In this document: piece by piece, positions 38,846 through 55,870 of the stretch
Layout: the number at the start of each line of letters is the position of its first letter
How positions within the stretch are numbered: position 1 is the stretch's first letter
Assembly: GCA_001244265.2 (NCBI GenBank)
Contig: LN717261.1
Span: forward strand, 2,185,591-2,249,590
Reading direction: 5' to 3'
From: Microbotryum violaceum
Lineage: Eukaryota
Length of the DNA: 64,000 bases
Made by a program: the position numbers and the translations under genes
Notes under the pieces: generated by a model
Told to the model about the DNA's origin: nothing
The model's input: only the letters and a program-made list of their open reading frames with translations
Databases searched by the model: none

Positions 38846-41800
38846 AATCCGCCTAGCGCGCGTCTCTATTTGTATTAGCCGCGCGGGCCAATCGCGTCTT
38901 TCCTTCTTCTCCACTTGATTACGAACTCATTGGCTTGCCACTGCCAACGTAGCGGCCCAGCCAACTCGAGTCATCAAGTCATCATGCCCGGTGATACGGA
39001 CACTGTGGTACCAGGGGGAACAACCTCTATCGTCTATGTCAAGCCCCGCGATATCGACCCGTCATGCCACCTGCGCAACGCGGGAGGCTGGTCGCAATGG
39101 ATCAACGACGTCCGTGGAGCTCTCGGGGGCGACTATTGGAACTGCACGCTTGCGATGCCCATTCGACTCCTCCATAGTGCGCGCTGTTTGTGGCGTTTGT
39201 TTTAGGATGGAAGAAGAGTTTGTTTTAGGATGGAAGAAGAAACAGCGAGCCGCGATAGTGCGAGTCTCGAAAAGTTAGCCCTTGCTCTAAGCAGTGGGTG
39301 CGATACGACCTTGCAAAGCAGCCGGGTACGGCGGCTGCTTACAACGTAGTGGCAGGCTAGCTCATCAGCCCAACTGTCCAACAAGGGCAGAGGGCTTACG
39401 AGGGATGTTACCCACTTTGAGTGAGTAGAGACTGGCAGGGGGGGTGCCGGAACCACAACACGAAACGCTGAGGCGTGCGGGACAACGAGGGAGAGGGAGA
39501 GGAAGGGCCCGCGCGCGCCAGCAGGTGAGCAAGGCGGGAGGCCCAAGGGGGCCGGGAAGAGTGCGTGCTGGCACAGGGTCCAAAAAATGCGTGTTCGAAG
39601 AGTGGAGCGCGAGCGAGCCCCGTTAGGCCGAGACCAGCGCGCTTGAGCTGTCCGTGTCAAAATCTTGCAGCAAAGGCCGAAAAGACTATCAGAAACCCAA
39701 TGCGCGCACCGACCTGGAGCACGCCAACTTCCAAGCGATCACGCTCTTGAGGCACTCGGTCTCCCTCAACATCAAGAAGCAGATCAAAGATGGATTTGAT
39801 CACACTCCCACCGACGTCTTGAAGATGATCAAGAAAGCGGTCGCAGCAGGCACAGTCACCGACATCTTCATCAAGCTCCAAGCCCTGCTCGATGCGGGTC
39901 CACCTCCCTCCGGTGTCGACGCATTTGAGAAGTACCAAGCAAACACCATTGAGCTGTTCAACACTCTTTTGGGATACAACCTTACCTTTGACCAGGTCAT
40001 CTCGATACGCTTGATCCACTTTGGCAAGGACCTCTACAAGGAGTACTATACTCAAACGTTCCGTCAAGACCTCGACAAGCTCCCTGATCCGATCAAAGCG
40101 CTTCAAACGCTTCAGACTCAAGCTGAATCCACACCGGCACACAAGCCCGTGGTGATGGTAGCTAGCTTGACCGCGACGGACAGATCTTCATCGACTCTGT
40201 CAGCTCCGTGCCGACACTGTGGAGGTCCTCACTGGAATCAAAAATGCCCCTTCAAGGACAAGAAGTCCAAGGCCTCCTCCGCGCCGTCCGCATCACTCGT
40301 CGCTGCTCCCGACATCTCGACGTTGGTAGACAGCCCGGTCCGCGCATACCTCACCGCAGCGATGTCCACATTGGCCAAACCTTCCCTCATCCTCGACAGC
40401 GGCGCGACGCATCACATTGTCAACGATCGCGCTTGTTTCACCAACTTCCGCAAGTGTAAGCCTGCTCCGCTCGAGGGCATCACGGGCGAGGCGGTCAATT
40501 TGATCAAAGGTGTTGGTTCCGCTGTCGTTCGCTCCTTTGATGGCAGCATCGGCCAACTCCACCACGCGTTGTTCGTTCCCAGCGCGTCGGTCAGCCTCTT
40601 CTCCGCACCGACGCCCCGGGCTACGACATCAGCCTTTCCCGAGGCAAAGCAACAGTCTCAGTCGGCGGGTCAATTTGCCACACCGGGGAGATCACAAACG
40701 TTTTGTACCACATGCATGCTTCCCTTGTCGACGTCACTACTCTCATCGAGCAAACGGGTGCGTCCCCATGCGCGTTCGCGGCCGTTTCCGTCTCCATCAT
40801 GCACGGACTGTAATACCCCAGGCCCTTCACGACTAGGTTACACGGTCCAAAAGACTGATGATTTCAATAGATGCATAATGAAATCAGAAGGGTAGTTAAA
40901 TAGCGTAAGGCAACCAAGCCTTACCCCTGCCACCACCAGACTTAGAGATACTCTAAGCATGATTAGACGAATCTCTAATGGCCCCACCGTTCATTCATTG
41001 ATTCGTCACGGCCATAATTAATTAAAGATCAAAATAACTATTTCAATAGAGGTCGGCAACTCGGATCCCGGTGGGGCATTTTTGAAGGATGCTATTTTGC
41101 CAGCCGCGGAGAAAAGCCCGAGCAGGACCGGCGCAAGGCCCTTGGGCCGACCTAGTTATTTTGATCTCTAATGGCCGTGACGAATGAATGGTGGGGCCAT
41201 TAGAGATTCGTCTAATCATGCTTAGAGTATCTCTAAGTCGGTGGTGGCGGGTGTAAGGCTCGGTTGCCTTACGCTATTTAACTACCCTTCTGATTTCAAT
41301 ATGCATCTATTGAAATCGTCAGTCTTTTGGACTGTGTAACCTAGTCGTGAAGGGCCTGGGGTATTACACGGACATTTCGCTCACCTTCACCCACGCGCTC
41401 TACAACAGCTGATCTCAACTGAGGCTGTGCTGGGAGTCAACATGGAGGTAGCATCGAACGAAGACTTGAAATGTGATACATGCCAGGCTGGGAAGATCAC
41501 ACATCACCCTTTCCCCACCGTCGCGTCGAATCGTTCGGCCCAGCCTCTTGATCGAGTCCACATGGACCTTCTTGCGTTCGACGGCGCCGTGTCGTTAGGC
41601 GGCGCGAAATACGCCCTCGTCATTGTCGATGATTACACCCGATATCTCTGGGCAATTCCGATGTCGCGCAAGTCTGATACCTTTTCGGCCTTCAAGTCGT
41701 GGCTCGCAAAGGTCGAGCGCTCCTCGTCGAGAAAACTCCTGGCAGTCCGCTCCGACAACGGTGGTGAATTCTTGTCGAACGAGTTCTCGAGCTTCCTGGA

Positions 41801-43351
41801 AGAACAAGGCATCACTCGTCAGCTTTCGATTCCCGATACCCCTCAGCAAAACAGGGTTGCCGAACGCGCAAATCGCTCGATCACCGAGCGTGTCCGATCA
41901 ACTTAATGCTCCACCAGTCGGGTCTACCCCACGCTTTGTGGGCCGAGGCATTGGCGACATATGTCTACGTCAAGAATCGCTCACCACACTCGGCAAATTC
42001 AGGCGTCACACCACACACGCGTTGGCACGGATCGAAGCCGTCGGCCGGCCATCTCCGCAGTCGAAGGCTACGAAGGCAAATGCCTCCGCCTTCATCGATC
42101 GATCTACGGTCTCAAGCAGGCAGGTCGAGTGTGGAACGACACGATCAACGCCACGCTCGCAAGTCTCGGCTATCGTCGCCTCGCCTGCGACGAATGCACC
42201 TATCATCATGAGGACGCTGGGGGTGATCACTACATCGCACTCTACGTCGACGATCTACTCTTCTTTGGGCCGGATCTCGGGGAAATCGATCGAGTCCTTG
42301 ACCAACTCGACACCCTCTACGGAGTCAAACGCCTCGGCCCGACCGAATGGGTACTCGGGGTTCAGGTCGTACGACACGACGATGGCGGAATCTCCCTTCT
42401 CCAGCGTCAATACCTCCTTGACGTCTTGGCTCGCTTCAACATGTCCGACTGCAACCCCTGCAAGCCACCCATGGAAGCCAACCTACAGCTTTCGCCGGAA
42501 CCCGATCCAGACTCCGCCGTCAATGCCATCTACGTTCCATGATTGGCTCACTCATGTACGCTGTCGTTGCCACTCGCCCTGATCTAGCCCACTCCGTCGG
42601 ATATCTGTCACGTTTCATCGGCAAGGCGGGCGACACTCACCTCGAGGCGGCCAAGCGCGTCCTTCGTTACATCAAAGGATCGCTCGATCTTGGCATACAT
42701 TACACGCGCACCGGTGAGCCTCTGCTGGGGTACGAGGGGTACTCTGACTCGGACTGGGGATCGGACATACAGATGTCGAGGTCCACTATGGGTTACTTGT
42801 TCAAAATGGCAGGTGGGGCCATCTCATGGTCATCTTGTCTCCAACCTCGCGTAGCTTGTTCATCCACGGAAGCGGAGTACCTGGGGCTCTCGCATGCAGC
42901 CAAGGAGGCTGTCTTCCTTCGCTCGCTCCTCACCAAACTCGGTCTCGACACGTCGTCCCCTTTACGTCTTCTCGGGGATAACCAGGGAGCTATAGCGCTC
43001 ACCCAGCATCCGGTTTTCCACGCTCGCACCAAACATTTGCGCATGTTGGAGCACTTCGTTCGGGAGCACGTTCGGAACGGCGAGATCTCGGTCACCTACA
43101 TCCCAACCCACGATATGGTTGCCGACATTTTCACCAAGCCGCTGCCACTAGTAGTTTTCCAGCGTCATTGTGACGCCATCGGTCTGCGCCGCATTTCAGG
43201 CCAAGAGCAAGGGGGGGTGTTGAGGTAGATTACTCTTGCCTTAAATCCGCCTAGCGCGCGTCTCTATTTGTATTAGCCGCGCGGGCCAATCGCGTCTTTC
43301 CTTCTTCTTCTCCACTTGATTACGAACTCATTGGCTTGCCATTACCGCCAA
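38846..43351 (+). mobile_element. Ty1/Copia LTR retrotransposon (family C2), degenerate
   Basis: Direct repeats at 38846-38948 (5'-truncated) and 43218-43351 after PPT AAGGGGGGG. Knuckle CRHCGGPHWNQKC, protease LILDSGATHH, integrase RSDNGGEF, RT LYVDDL, RNase H YSDSDW. An internal deletion near 42060 joins integrase to mid-RT. Confidence 0.9.
40809..41368. mobile_element. 560-bp fold-back element made of two inverted copies of the 117-bp mini-LTR plus adjacent sequence
   Basis: Arms 40809-41057 and about 41146-41368 are imperfect reverse complements. Termini TGTAATACCCC / GGGGTATTACA, perfect TSD CGGAC. It interrupts the Copia C2 reading frame (MHG|HFAHLHP). Confidence 0.9.
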
Positions 43352-43784
43352 CTGGTTCAGCACATCGCTATTCGATTTCTACAAGTATGGGCTATGATAG
43401 CGGTCAGCAATAGTATGTATAACTAAACTTAGTGCAAAAATGGGCATGGCGATACTTTGACAACCACTGGTGTGCGGAAAGAGTCAATTATTCACCAGCA
43501 GCAGCCAGTGCTCTTTGCGCGCGAGCATATCCTTACGCATGTCACGTGCGCGCGCGGGCGTATCCTTACACATGTCGACACATGTAAGGATACGAGGGTG
43601 CGGTAAGGACACAGAAATTTTGAATCACTACAAGTCTTGCAATACACATGCTATCAGGTAGTTCTTGCAGACACCGTTCAGAAATAGTTATATGTTGATG
43701 TTACAAGATGAACAGGTTTGGTTGTGTATTGACCTTAACTCATGTGTAAGGATATATCCTTACATGTGTCATGGCCGGGTCTCA

Positions 43785-48112
<4,328 letters not shown>

Positions 48113-48727
48113 GGCCTCCGTCACCTTCCAAGGGAACTGTTTACTCCGAACGACCACATTTTGAACGATGATGACGCATCTCGTGAGGCAGCGGCCAAAG
48201 AACTTCTCCGTCTCCTACGCAACGGTCGCATTGCGGGACCCTTTGACTATGACTGGCTCCGCCTTCAAGTTGGCTCTTTCCGCTCTAATCCGCTGTCGGT
48301 GATCGAAAAACGACGCGAACCCGGTCAACCCCCAAAACACCGCGTGATCGAGAATATGTCGTACCGGCCGGCGTACGATGAGCTCACTGAGATCGAAAGC
48401 TGCAACGACTTGCTGGCTGCAAGTGATTTCCTGTGTAGATGGACAACGCTTGCCCAGCTTATCCTGCAGTTTCGTGCTTTACCGCCGTCAATGCAGTGTT
48501 TTGGTTTCGACTTTGCGGATGCTTTCTACCAAGTTCCTCTCCTCGCTGTCCCTCGACAACAGATTGAAGAAGCGATTTTGGACTTGGGTTGGAAGCTCGC
48601 GCCCGACAAAGGTTTTGACTGGACTCGCTGTTTCACTTTTGTTGGTATCGAGTGGGACTTGGTCCGATCCACCGCACGCATCCCCGAGGGTAGGAGAGTC
48701 AAGTACATTGCCAAGGTTGTCGAGGTC
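48113..48727 (+). pseudogene. DIRS/Ngaro-like reverse transcriptase remnant
   Basis: GRIAGPF..FRSNPLSVIEK..KHRVIENMSY..SCND..DFADAFYQVP, then LGWKLAPDK..FTFVGIEWDL..RIPEGRRVKY. The YxDD-containing centre is deleted. Confidence 0.8.
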
Positions 48728-51525
48728 TATGGTATAGCAAGCGGTCGACCAAAGATGAAATTGAGAAGAAAAGGGATAAGGACCCTAAGAGCTCCTAAGA
48801 GACCCAAGGCGAGAGAGACGAGAGGGGCGAGCTGAGCCGAGAGACAGGGGTACGAGAACCGAGAGACGAGACTGGAACGCTGAGGCCGGAGACGGGAGAA
48901 CGATGAGACACGAGACTTGAAACGCTGAGGCCGGAGACTGGAGAACGATGATAAACGAGACTTGAGACACCAGAAAGTGAGAACCAGTTAGGAGGCTGTA
49001 TTGGGTCCTAGAAGTGGTCTACCTAAGAACAAGAAGCAAAATCCCCTCAAACGTTCCGACCATTTAAACCGCTGCGCTCCTTTCATTCCCCTTCATCCTT
49101 TCGTCCGCGCATCCGGCCCAGTCTTCCATTCAAATCCCTCCACATGATTCGTTGCTGATAGTCAAGTCTTGAGTCACCGAGGTACTGAGTTTATCCGGAA
49201 CCGCCTAATCCGCTGAGAAATCTGCCGAAACCGGCGCCTTGACCCTTCCCGAACCGATGGAACTTGAAACGACTCCCGAACTCTACCCGACTTTGTCCGA
49301 AATGACTCCTGAACTCGAACCCGCTACGTCCGAAAGGACTCTAGAACCCGGCTCGAAATGACTCGACTCGACTCCTGAGCCCGAGATGGCTCGACTCGAC
49401 TCCTGAGTCCGAGATTCTACCGAAATGACTCCAACGGGATCCCGAGTACCACAGCTCCCCCCAGACAGGGAGGTCGTCCCGACCGACGAGGCGTGCCAAA
49501 TAAAGAAACAGGGGCATTCCCCCCCTCATCGCTCCATCAAATCGTGCATCTTCACTTCCTCGCGTCCCCTCAAAACCCTAAAATTATGTTCCTCTCCCTG
49601 TCACTCAGCGCTCTGTCCCCTCCAAGATCATTCTTTGCGACGTTCTCCTCGGTCAACCCGACCCAACCTTTTTACGCTGTCGTCGCCCTTGCTCCTTCTC
49701 CTTCCTTGAGCTCCCAACCCTCGTCTTGTCTCCTCCCCCCTGTTGTGACCGTCCAGGACACCTTGAAGACCGGCCCCTCTGACTCATCCGATTCCTCTTC
49801 TTGCGCCGCTTGAGCATCCCGCAGCCATTTCCAGAAATGCACACCCATATTGACCTCTCTTTGGAGTCGTAGGCTTTCGGCAAATTGAAGTGGTATAAAT
49901 CAATCCATGCCTCAGGTCTAAGGAGTCTGTTTTTGTCGCCAATTTGGGTGTTTTGACCGTGTCCGCCGGTTCCTCTGGTTCCTCCAATTCCCCCGCTCCT
50001 TCTTCCTCCTTGGTCTCCTCCGATTGTCCTTCCTCCTTGGTTCCTGAATCCACTCTCCCCCCAGACAAGGGTTTTGTTCCCCGTTCACTAAGATCTTCAG
50101 CCTTGATCTCCTTGCTCCCCTTCCCTCCGATCTTCTCCTGCGCCGCCGCTCCATAAACGTACAATTCCCGATGCCTGAAACTCGTAACGAAACTTGAGAA
50201 GTCGTAGCCGGAAACCGATGGAGAAAATTCGGCCTCGTTCGTATTGTACACGTCCCCTTCGATGATGTTGCAGTCTGGATTGGCTTGATGATAGAGGTTG
50301 AATGCGCCAATTCCAACCCCACCTAGTTTTCCGAAGAGTTGTCTTTGGCGTCGTCATGCTCCCAGACGTTCCCGCTTCCGACCCTGTCCTCCCTAATCGT
50401 ATTCATCGTCGATCCCACCGACAACAAATCCACCGTGATTGAAACTCCCTCAATCTCCATGCGCAAGGTAGAAGTTCCGTCCGCCGCCCACGCCTGGCTG
50501 GCACGAGCTGCCGCCATGAAAGGACTGCCGAGCAAAACCGCCGGCTGAGTCGCGCTTGATTCGGACACGAAGAACTTGCAAATGATCTCCGATCCTCCCA
50601 CGCCGACCGCCACATTCCTGCACACCTTTCCAAGATCTCTAACCCCATCGTTCTGCGAGCGCAGCGAGTGTCCGACCGTCGCAGTAGAAGGAACCCCAAG
50701 CTCGCGGCAAGTCGCCTCCTGAATGAGCGAAATCCGAGAACCACCATCGACAAGGGCAAGAATCGATTTGCCGTTGATGACAACCCTCATACAGCCGATG
50801 GGAGCGCAGTAGTAGGCCGAGATGTTTTCTGTCATTGTATGGTTGCATCGTCCTTCAGTTTACGTATAGTACCTGTTATGGTACTTCGTCTTGAGCCTCT
50901 AGCGACTTCATGAATCCCTTCAGCACCTCATTTGTCTTACCCTTTTAGTCCCTATTAGCTCTTTATTATCTCGCTTATCATCCCTTTCTAGTCCTTCTGG
51001 AGTTCGTCCCTTAGCCTCAGGCCACTCTGTTCTCGTCCCGTTCCATTGGACTGAGTCGTGGTCTTCATCAGTTACCACATGAGAACATTCTGCGACATTT
51101 TCCTTGAAACCCGAGTTTATGCGCACGATGAACTCGTCCTGAGCATCCTCCGTCATTTCGTTATAGACGCCCGAGGCAGCGGTTGTAGAGTTGATAGGAA
51201 CGCGACGACGTTGACACTGCTGCGCAACCCCCTTGGAAAGATCAGGAGAGGCCGCGAGAAGCATACCGAGCGAGAGTTCGACCTTGGTGTCGCTCAAAAC
51301 GTGGGAGAGAACGTTCTCGGTCGAAAAGCGCTGCGAGACAGGGGTACGAAGCACGCTTTGAGCAGCCCTGCGTCGTCGAGTGTTTGAAGTCGCGTTGGTC
51401 GTCGCTGAAGCCTCCGTCATCTCCTCATCCCTCAAGGGAATCTCCACCGGTCCTGTCATTTGATATGTGTCTGTGCCTGTGGTATCTGCGCGGATGCGCG
51501 TGCGTTTAGTCATTAGTCACTTTGG
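48728..51525 (-). mobile_element. Ty3/Gypsy relic (family D): gag C-terminus and protease, internal deletion, about 726-bp 3' LTR
   Basis: Protease ALVDGGS..LLGSPF (50835-50323) preceded by LSLGMLLAASPDL. PPT GGGGGAG, then LTR 49453-48728 with terminal inverted TGTGGTA/TACCATA and internal tandem repeats. Confidence 0.65.
50830..51097. mobile_element. 268-bp solo LTR
   Basis: TGTC...GACA with TSD TTTTC. Removing it restores the frame FKEN|ISAYYC. Confidence 0.8.
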
Positions 51526-54261
51526 TGTTGGAGTTTGATCTGTTTAAGTTAGGGAGCGCGCGGGGCTTTCTTCCCGCGCGGCTGTTTACTCTTGATAGCT
51601 TTCTCATCACTCGCTCTACATTGTGGTCCTGACTTCTCGGCGTCGTGCACCCTCACCTATCGGAAGGCTTTACTTCCGCGCTCGCATCTTTTCTGCAATA
51701 GGTTATGAGCCTAACGGGCAGTGCCGAAGCCCCCAGTCAGCAAAGCGATTCACATCGCACCGCCACCATCGGAATGGAACCCGAATCACGCTCCACTGAA
51801 ACGAGTGATCGTGGGCTACATGTCCCAATTCTTCGGGCATCCAACTATATGGATTGGCGTCGGCGTCTGGTTGGTCGTCTTGGGTCCAAGGATTTGCATC
51901 TTTGCGCCTCGACGCGGATGAGCCCGGCTGCGGAGGCTGTTCTCCAAGCCGCAATCGACGATCGATCGCGTGGCTTCCACTCGCCCCTCGAGCGGCTCGA
52001 CTTCGCAGCTATGGACGCGAAGATTGTCAAGGAGCTAAAGAAGAAGGTTCGAACTCAAGCTGAAATCATTCAGTTTCTCGATGAGGCCAACCTTCGCTTG
52101 GTCAGGGGTTGTTACACGTCTTACGACATACTCGACTCGCTGAACACGTTCTACCTAGGAACGATGAGCGCTCAGATTTCCGCCTTGACGACTGAGCTCT
52201 ATGCGCGCAAGTTCTCGTCTGGCGATCGTGGGCAGTTACTGCACCACTTGATCACCATTCAAGGAATTTTGCAAGATCTTGAGGCGTGTGGCTCTGGGAT
52301 GCCACCAGCTCAGCAGTCGACGCTGATGCTCGATTCCGTCTTCGACTCGCAACACGAGTCGTTCACAAGCTCACTGCGTCGACCTCTGGCTCTACCTTCA
52401 GAGATTGTTTCCGAGGCACGGTCTTACCAGTTCAAAGTCTCGCTGGCAAGTCGAATCAATGGACTATCTGCCGCGACTTCTGGACGCGCCATTGCTCAGT
52501 CGCCTGTTCCTGCGCTCGTTGCGCAAGGCGAATCGCAAAAGGGACCGCGTCGCAAAAGAGGTCACAAGAAAGGCAATCGCGACGGTCAAGGAAATCGCCG
52601 TCCTCCCGATTCTACCTGTCATGCGTGTGGAGCGAAGGGACACTGGTCTAGTGATGCTGTGTGCCCTGAAAACCGTTCAAAGTCATCTGCAGCCCCCGCG
52701 TTGGTTGCAATGAACTCCCATTCCATTCACCTTGCTGGTTCTTCCTCGAGAGCTCCCGATACCGACTTCGTTTGGATCGCGGATACCGGAGCTGGTCACC
52801 ACTTTGTTGGCGATCGCTCGCTACTCTCAAAGTTCAAAGAATCCCCGATTCAAGTCCAAATGGCCGACAATTCGCTTGGTCAAGCCACTGGATACGGGCG
52901 AAGGTCTGTTAAGACTTCGCAAGGTCACCTTCTCAATTTCAAGGAGATGTACTACCTCCCTGGATCGAAGTATGGTCTAATCTCAATGTCGGCGCTCCGC
53001 GCTGGAGGCGCGAAATTGGTTTATGGCCATGGGGGAGATACTCAACAGGTTTGGCTTGACGGCTCTCTCGTCGCCGAAACTGTCAAGACGAAGGCCAAAC
53101 AACCAAGTTACGTCTTCGATTTTGAAATTGTCTCTCCACCCTCGCCTGTGCTGTGGTACTCGGGATCCCGTCGCGTGCAGCAAAGTCGGAAATAAGACTC
53201 CTGATGTCGGAAATGAGATGGGACTCCTGATCGTTGTGGAACTCGGGATCCCGTCGCAGCTACCCGTGCTTTTGTTGGAGCTTCGCTCATGAAATGGCAT
53301 CGGAACTTCGGACACATGGCACCCTCTTCAATTCTTCAACTCGTCAAATCCAAGGCTATCGTTGGAATTTGTTTACTCGACAAGAAGATTGAAGACTGTG
53401 AGCCGTGCATCATCGCGAAGGCGCGCGCGGGCTCTCACAATCATGTCAGTCGAAAACCCGAACATGTTCTTCAACGGGTTTCGATCGATCTGGGATTCGT
53501 CAACGATGACGATACCAATGGACGATCCATCTACATGGTTATCGTCGACCAATTTTCAACCTATAAGTGGGCTTTTCCACTTGGTTCGAAGTCGGCATCC
53601 GAAGTCCTCGAGGTCTGGCGCGGCTTTCAAGCGCAGGTCGAGAGGCAGTCCGGTCAGAAGCTCTCAAGTTTGTTCGTTCTGACAATGGAGGCGAGTTCGT
53701 CAACCAACTCTTTGGCGACGAATTCAAGGCACTTGGGATCACCCATGAACTGGCTGCACGCTACACGCCGCAACAGAATGGTCAAGCGGAGCGCGCGAAC
53801 GGCTCTCTCTTCGCGCTCGTCCGTGCCATGCTCAAGGACTCTGGACTTCCCAAGAAGTATTGGTTCTACGCATTGGAAGCGGCTATTTTCGTTTCCAACC
53901 GCGGTCCTCACCCGCATCTCAAGGGTAAGACTGCGTTCGAGGTCTTCTTCGGCAAGCAACCCGACGTTTCGCATCTTCGCGCGTTCGGATCTACTGCCTA
54001 CGTTCTCGTTCCCAAGGCGATTCGTAAGAAGCTCGATGACCATACTGTCAAGGGTACTTTCCTCGGCTATTCGGGGGAGTACAACTACAAGGTTCGCGTC
54101 GAACATGGTCGGTCTTTCAAGATCGTCGTCTCTTCCGATGTCACCTTCTCCGACAAGGCTCCTTTGATCGCGGACTCGGCTGTCGAGCCTCGCATCTACG
54201 AAGTTGAACCTCTACAGGAACACGAGTTAGTACACCAACTGCCGTTTCCTGGCTTGGAGCT

Positions 54262-54460
54262 GATTCCGGCTTTACGGCCTGTTCCGGTGCAGATTCCGGC
54301 TTTACGGCCTGCTCCCCTACCTGAGGCAGGTTTGGCTTTTCAGCCTGCGCTCTTTCCGGAAGCAGATCCGGCTTTACGGCCTGCGCTCTTTCCCGAGGCA
54401 GAAGGTCCGGCTTTACGGCCTGCGCTCGTACCCGAGCTTGGTCCGGCTTTTCGGCCAGCT
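54262..54460 (+). repeat. In-frame minisatellite (CCGGCTTTACGGCCTG core, PALRPA) in the Copia IN-RT linker
   Basis: About six imperfect units are visible. Confidence 0.8.
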
Positions 54461-55155
54461 CCCGCTCCTCTTCCACGTTTCCAACATATGGACGATGACG
54501 ACGTTGCTCCTCCTCCTTTCCCGGCTGTCGGTCCATTGGCCGAAGACGCTGAAGTTGAAGAGGACCCGATCGATCATCGACGCGAGGAAGCTGTTGAGGC
54601 TATCGACAGTGACGACGACGACGGCCCTGCAGAACACGATCAACCATTACCTCCTGAGGATGGTTACGAGTATCGACCTTACCGTGTCGGCCGCAACCCT
54701 GGTGCGCTCGAGAACGTCGATGCAGGTAACATTTTACCGACTCGCTTGCGTGCTCAGCATCGTACAGGCGCCCTTCGTGTCGTGTCTACTCGCTCGGTCT
54801 ACCGTCGTCCACCAGAGCTCATTGCTATGGTTTCGTCTCGCCACCCCCCGCTTCCCAAGACTTTTGTGGAGGCGATGGCCTCTCCTGAGGCCAAACACTG
54901 GATGGCCGCTTCTGAAAAGGAGTTGGGCTCATTCAAATTGCACAAGGTCTTCAAGCTTACGAGGCTACCCACCGGGGCTCGCGCTCTGGGCTATCTTAGG
55001 GTGTTCACTCGCAAAGAAGACGCTGAAGGCAATATCATCAGCTACAAGGTTCGTCTCGTTATCCAAGGCTTCGCTCAACGACTTGGGATCGACTACAACG
55101 AGACGTTTGCTCCTGTCTTGTCGATCACGACAATCTTGTTCCTCATTGCCATGTC

Positions 55156-55441
55156 TGTCAGAGTGTATATTGCTGTTTCATCCCACTTCTATTACCGATC
55201 ATGACTAGCTACTAGTTGTTGATATTAGTCGCCTCGCGCGGCTATTGCTTGCCTCGCGCGCTCCTACTCTGCGCTTCTCTTCTTTCTCCAACTGTCTTTA
55301 CTATCATCCTCGGCTCTCGTACTAAACGTATCTCGTGCCTCGGCTTTAGGTTAGTTACGTTGCAATACCTGCAACTGTCTTTACTATCATCCTCGGCTCT
55401 CGTACTAAACGTATCTTGTGCCTCGGCTTTAGGTTCTAATA
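55156..55441. mobile_element. 286-bp solo LTR in the Copia C3 RT
   Basis: Starts TGTCAG, ends CTAATA, TSD ATGTC, internal direct repeat of about 63 bp. The RT frame resumes LIAMS|AALGL. Confidence 0.85.
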
Positions 55442-55616
55442 ATGTCTGCCGCTCTCGGACTCGTCCTCGAACAGTTCGACTATGATTCTGCGTGTCTCAA
55501 CGGGATCATGGAGGAGGATGTCTACATGAAGACTCCTGAAGGATGGACTGGTGGCTCTCAGCCCGGTCACGCTCTCAAGCTCCTCAAATCTATGTACGGC
55601 ACCAAGCAGGCTCCTC

Positions 55617-55870
55617 TGTTGTGGATTTGGACTTGGAGTACCAATGAATGAATGAAGATTCGCTGTAGCTACACGGCGTTGATAGATGACCTATTGTGAG
55701 ATAGAGTATCGCCAAGGTCAATCAACTTGTAGCAGGCGAATGGGCGAGATAGATATCGAGTGTGTGTTAAAGAAGAAGGAGAGAGTGAACGAGACCAGAG
55801 CCTTAGATAGTATCCGCGTGCAAGCCACCTCTGAGTCCAATCAAGCCAGCGTGTCACGGGCTTGCCGACA
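55617..55870 (-). mobile_element. Solo LTR related to the Copia C1 LTR, with non-matching flanks
   Basis: TGTTG...CGACA. Shares gatagatgacctattgtgagatag...aaggtcaatc...ggcgagat..gatatcgagtg with 47770-47860. Flanks are TCCTC and CTGGG. Confidence 0.7.

Larger units (their letters stand above)
51526..55616 (+). mobile_element. Ty1/Copia retrotransposon (family C3, related to C1), 3'-truncated
   Basis: 5' LTR at 51526-51700 (TGTTG...CAATA), PBS GGTTATGAGCC, gag with CHACGAKGHWSSDAVC, protease WIADTGA, integrase RSDNGGEF, and RT up to [10 protein letters not shown]. Confidence 0.88.

Noticed and set aside
38824..38846. Two TTAGGG hexamers suggesting an interstitial telomere
   Set aside because: Only two non-tandem units, which is too little evidence.
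41137..41155. Hairpin plus CTAGT inside the fold-back element, resembling a Helitron end
   Set aside because: The stem is only 5 bp, it overlaps the inverted arm, and no Helitron 5' end is present.
48840..49430. Spaced repeats that might suggest a CRISPR-like array
   Set aside because: Eukaryotic context; these are degenerate tandem repeats inside an LTR, without unique spacers.
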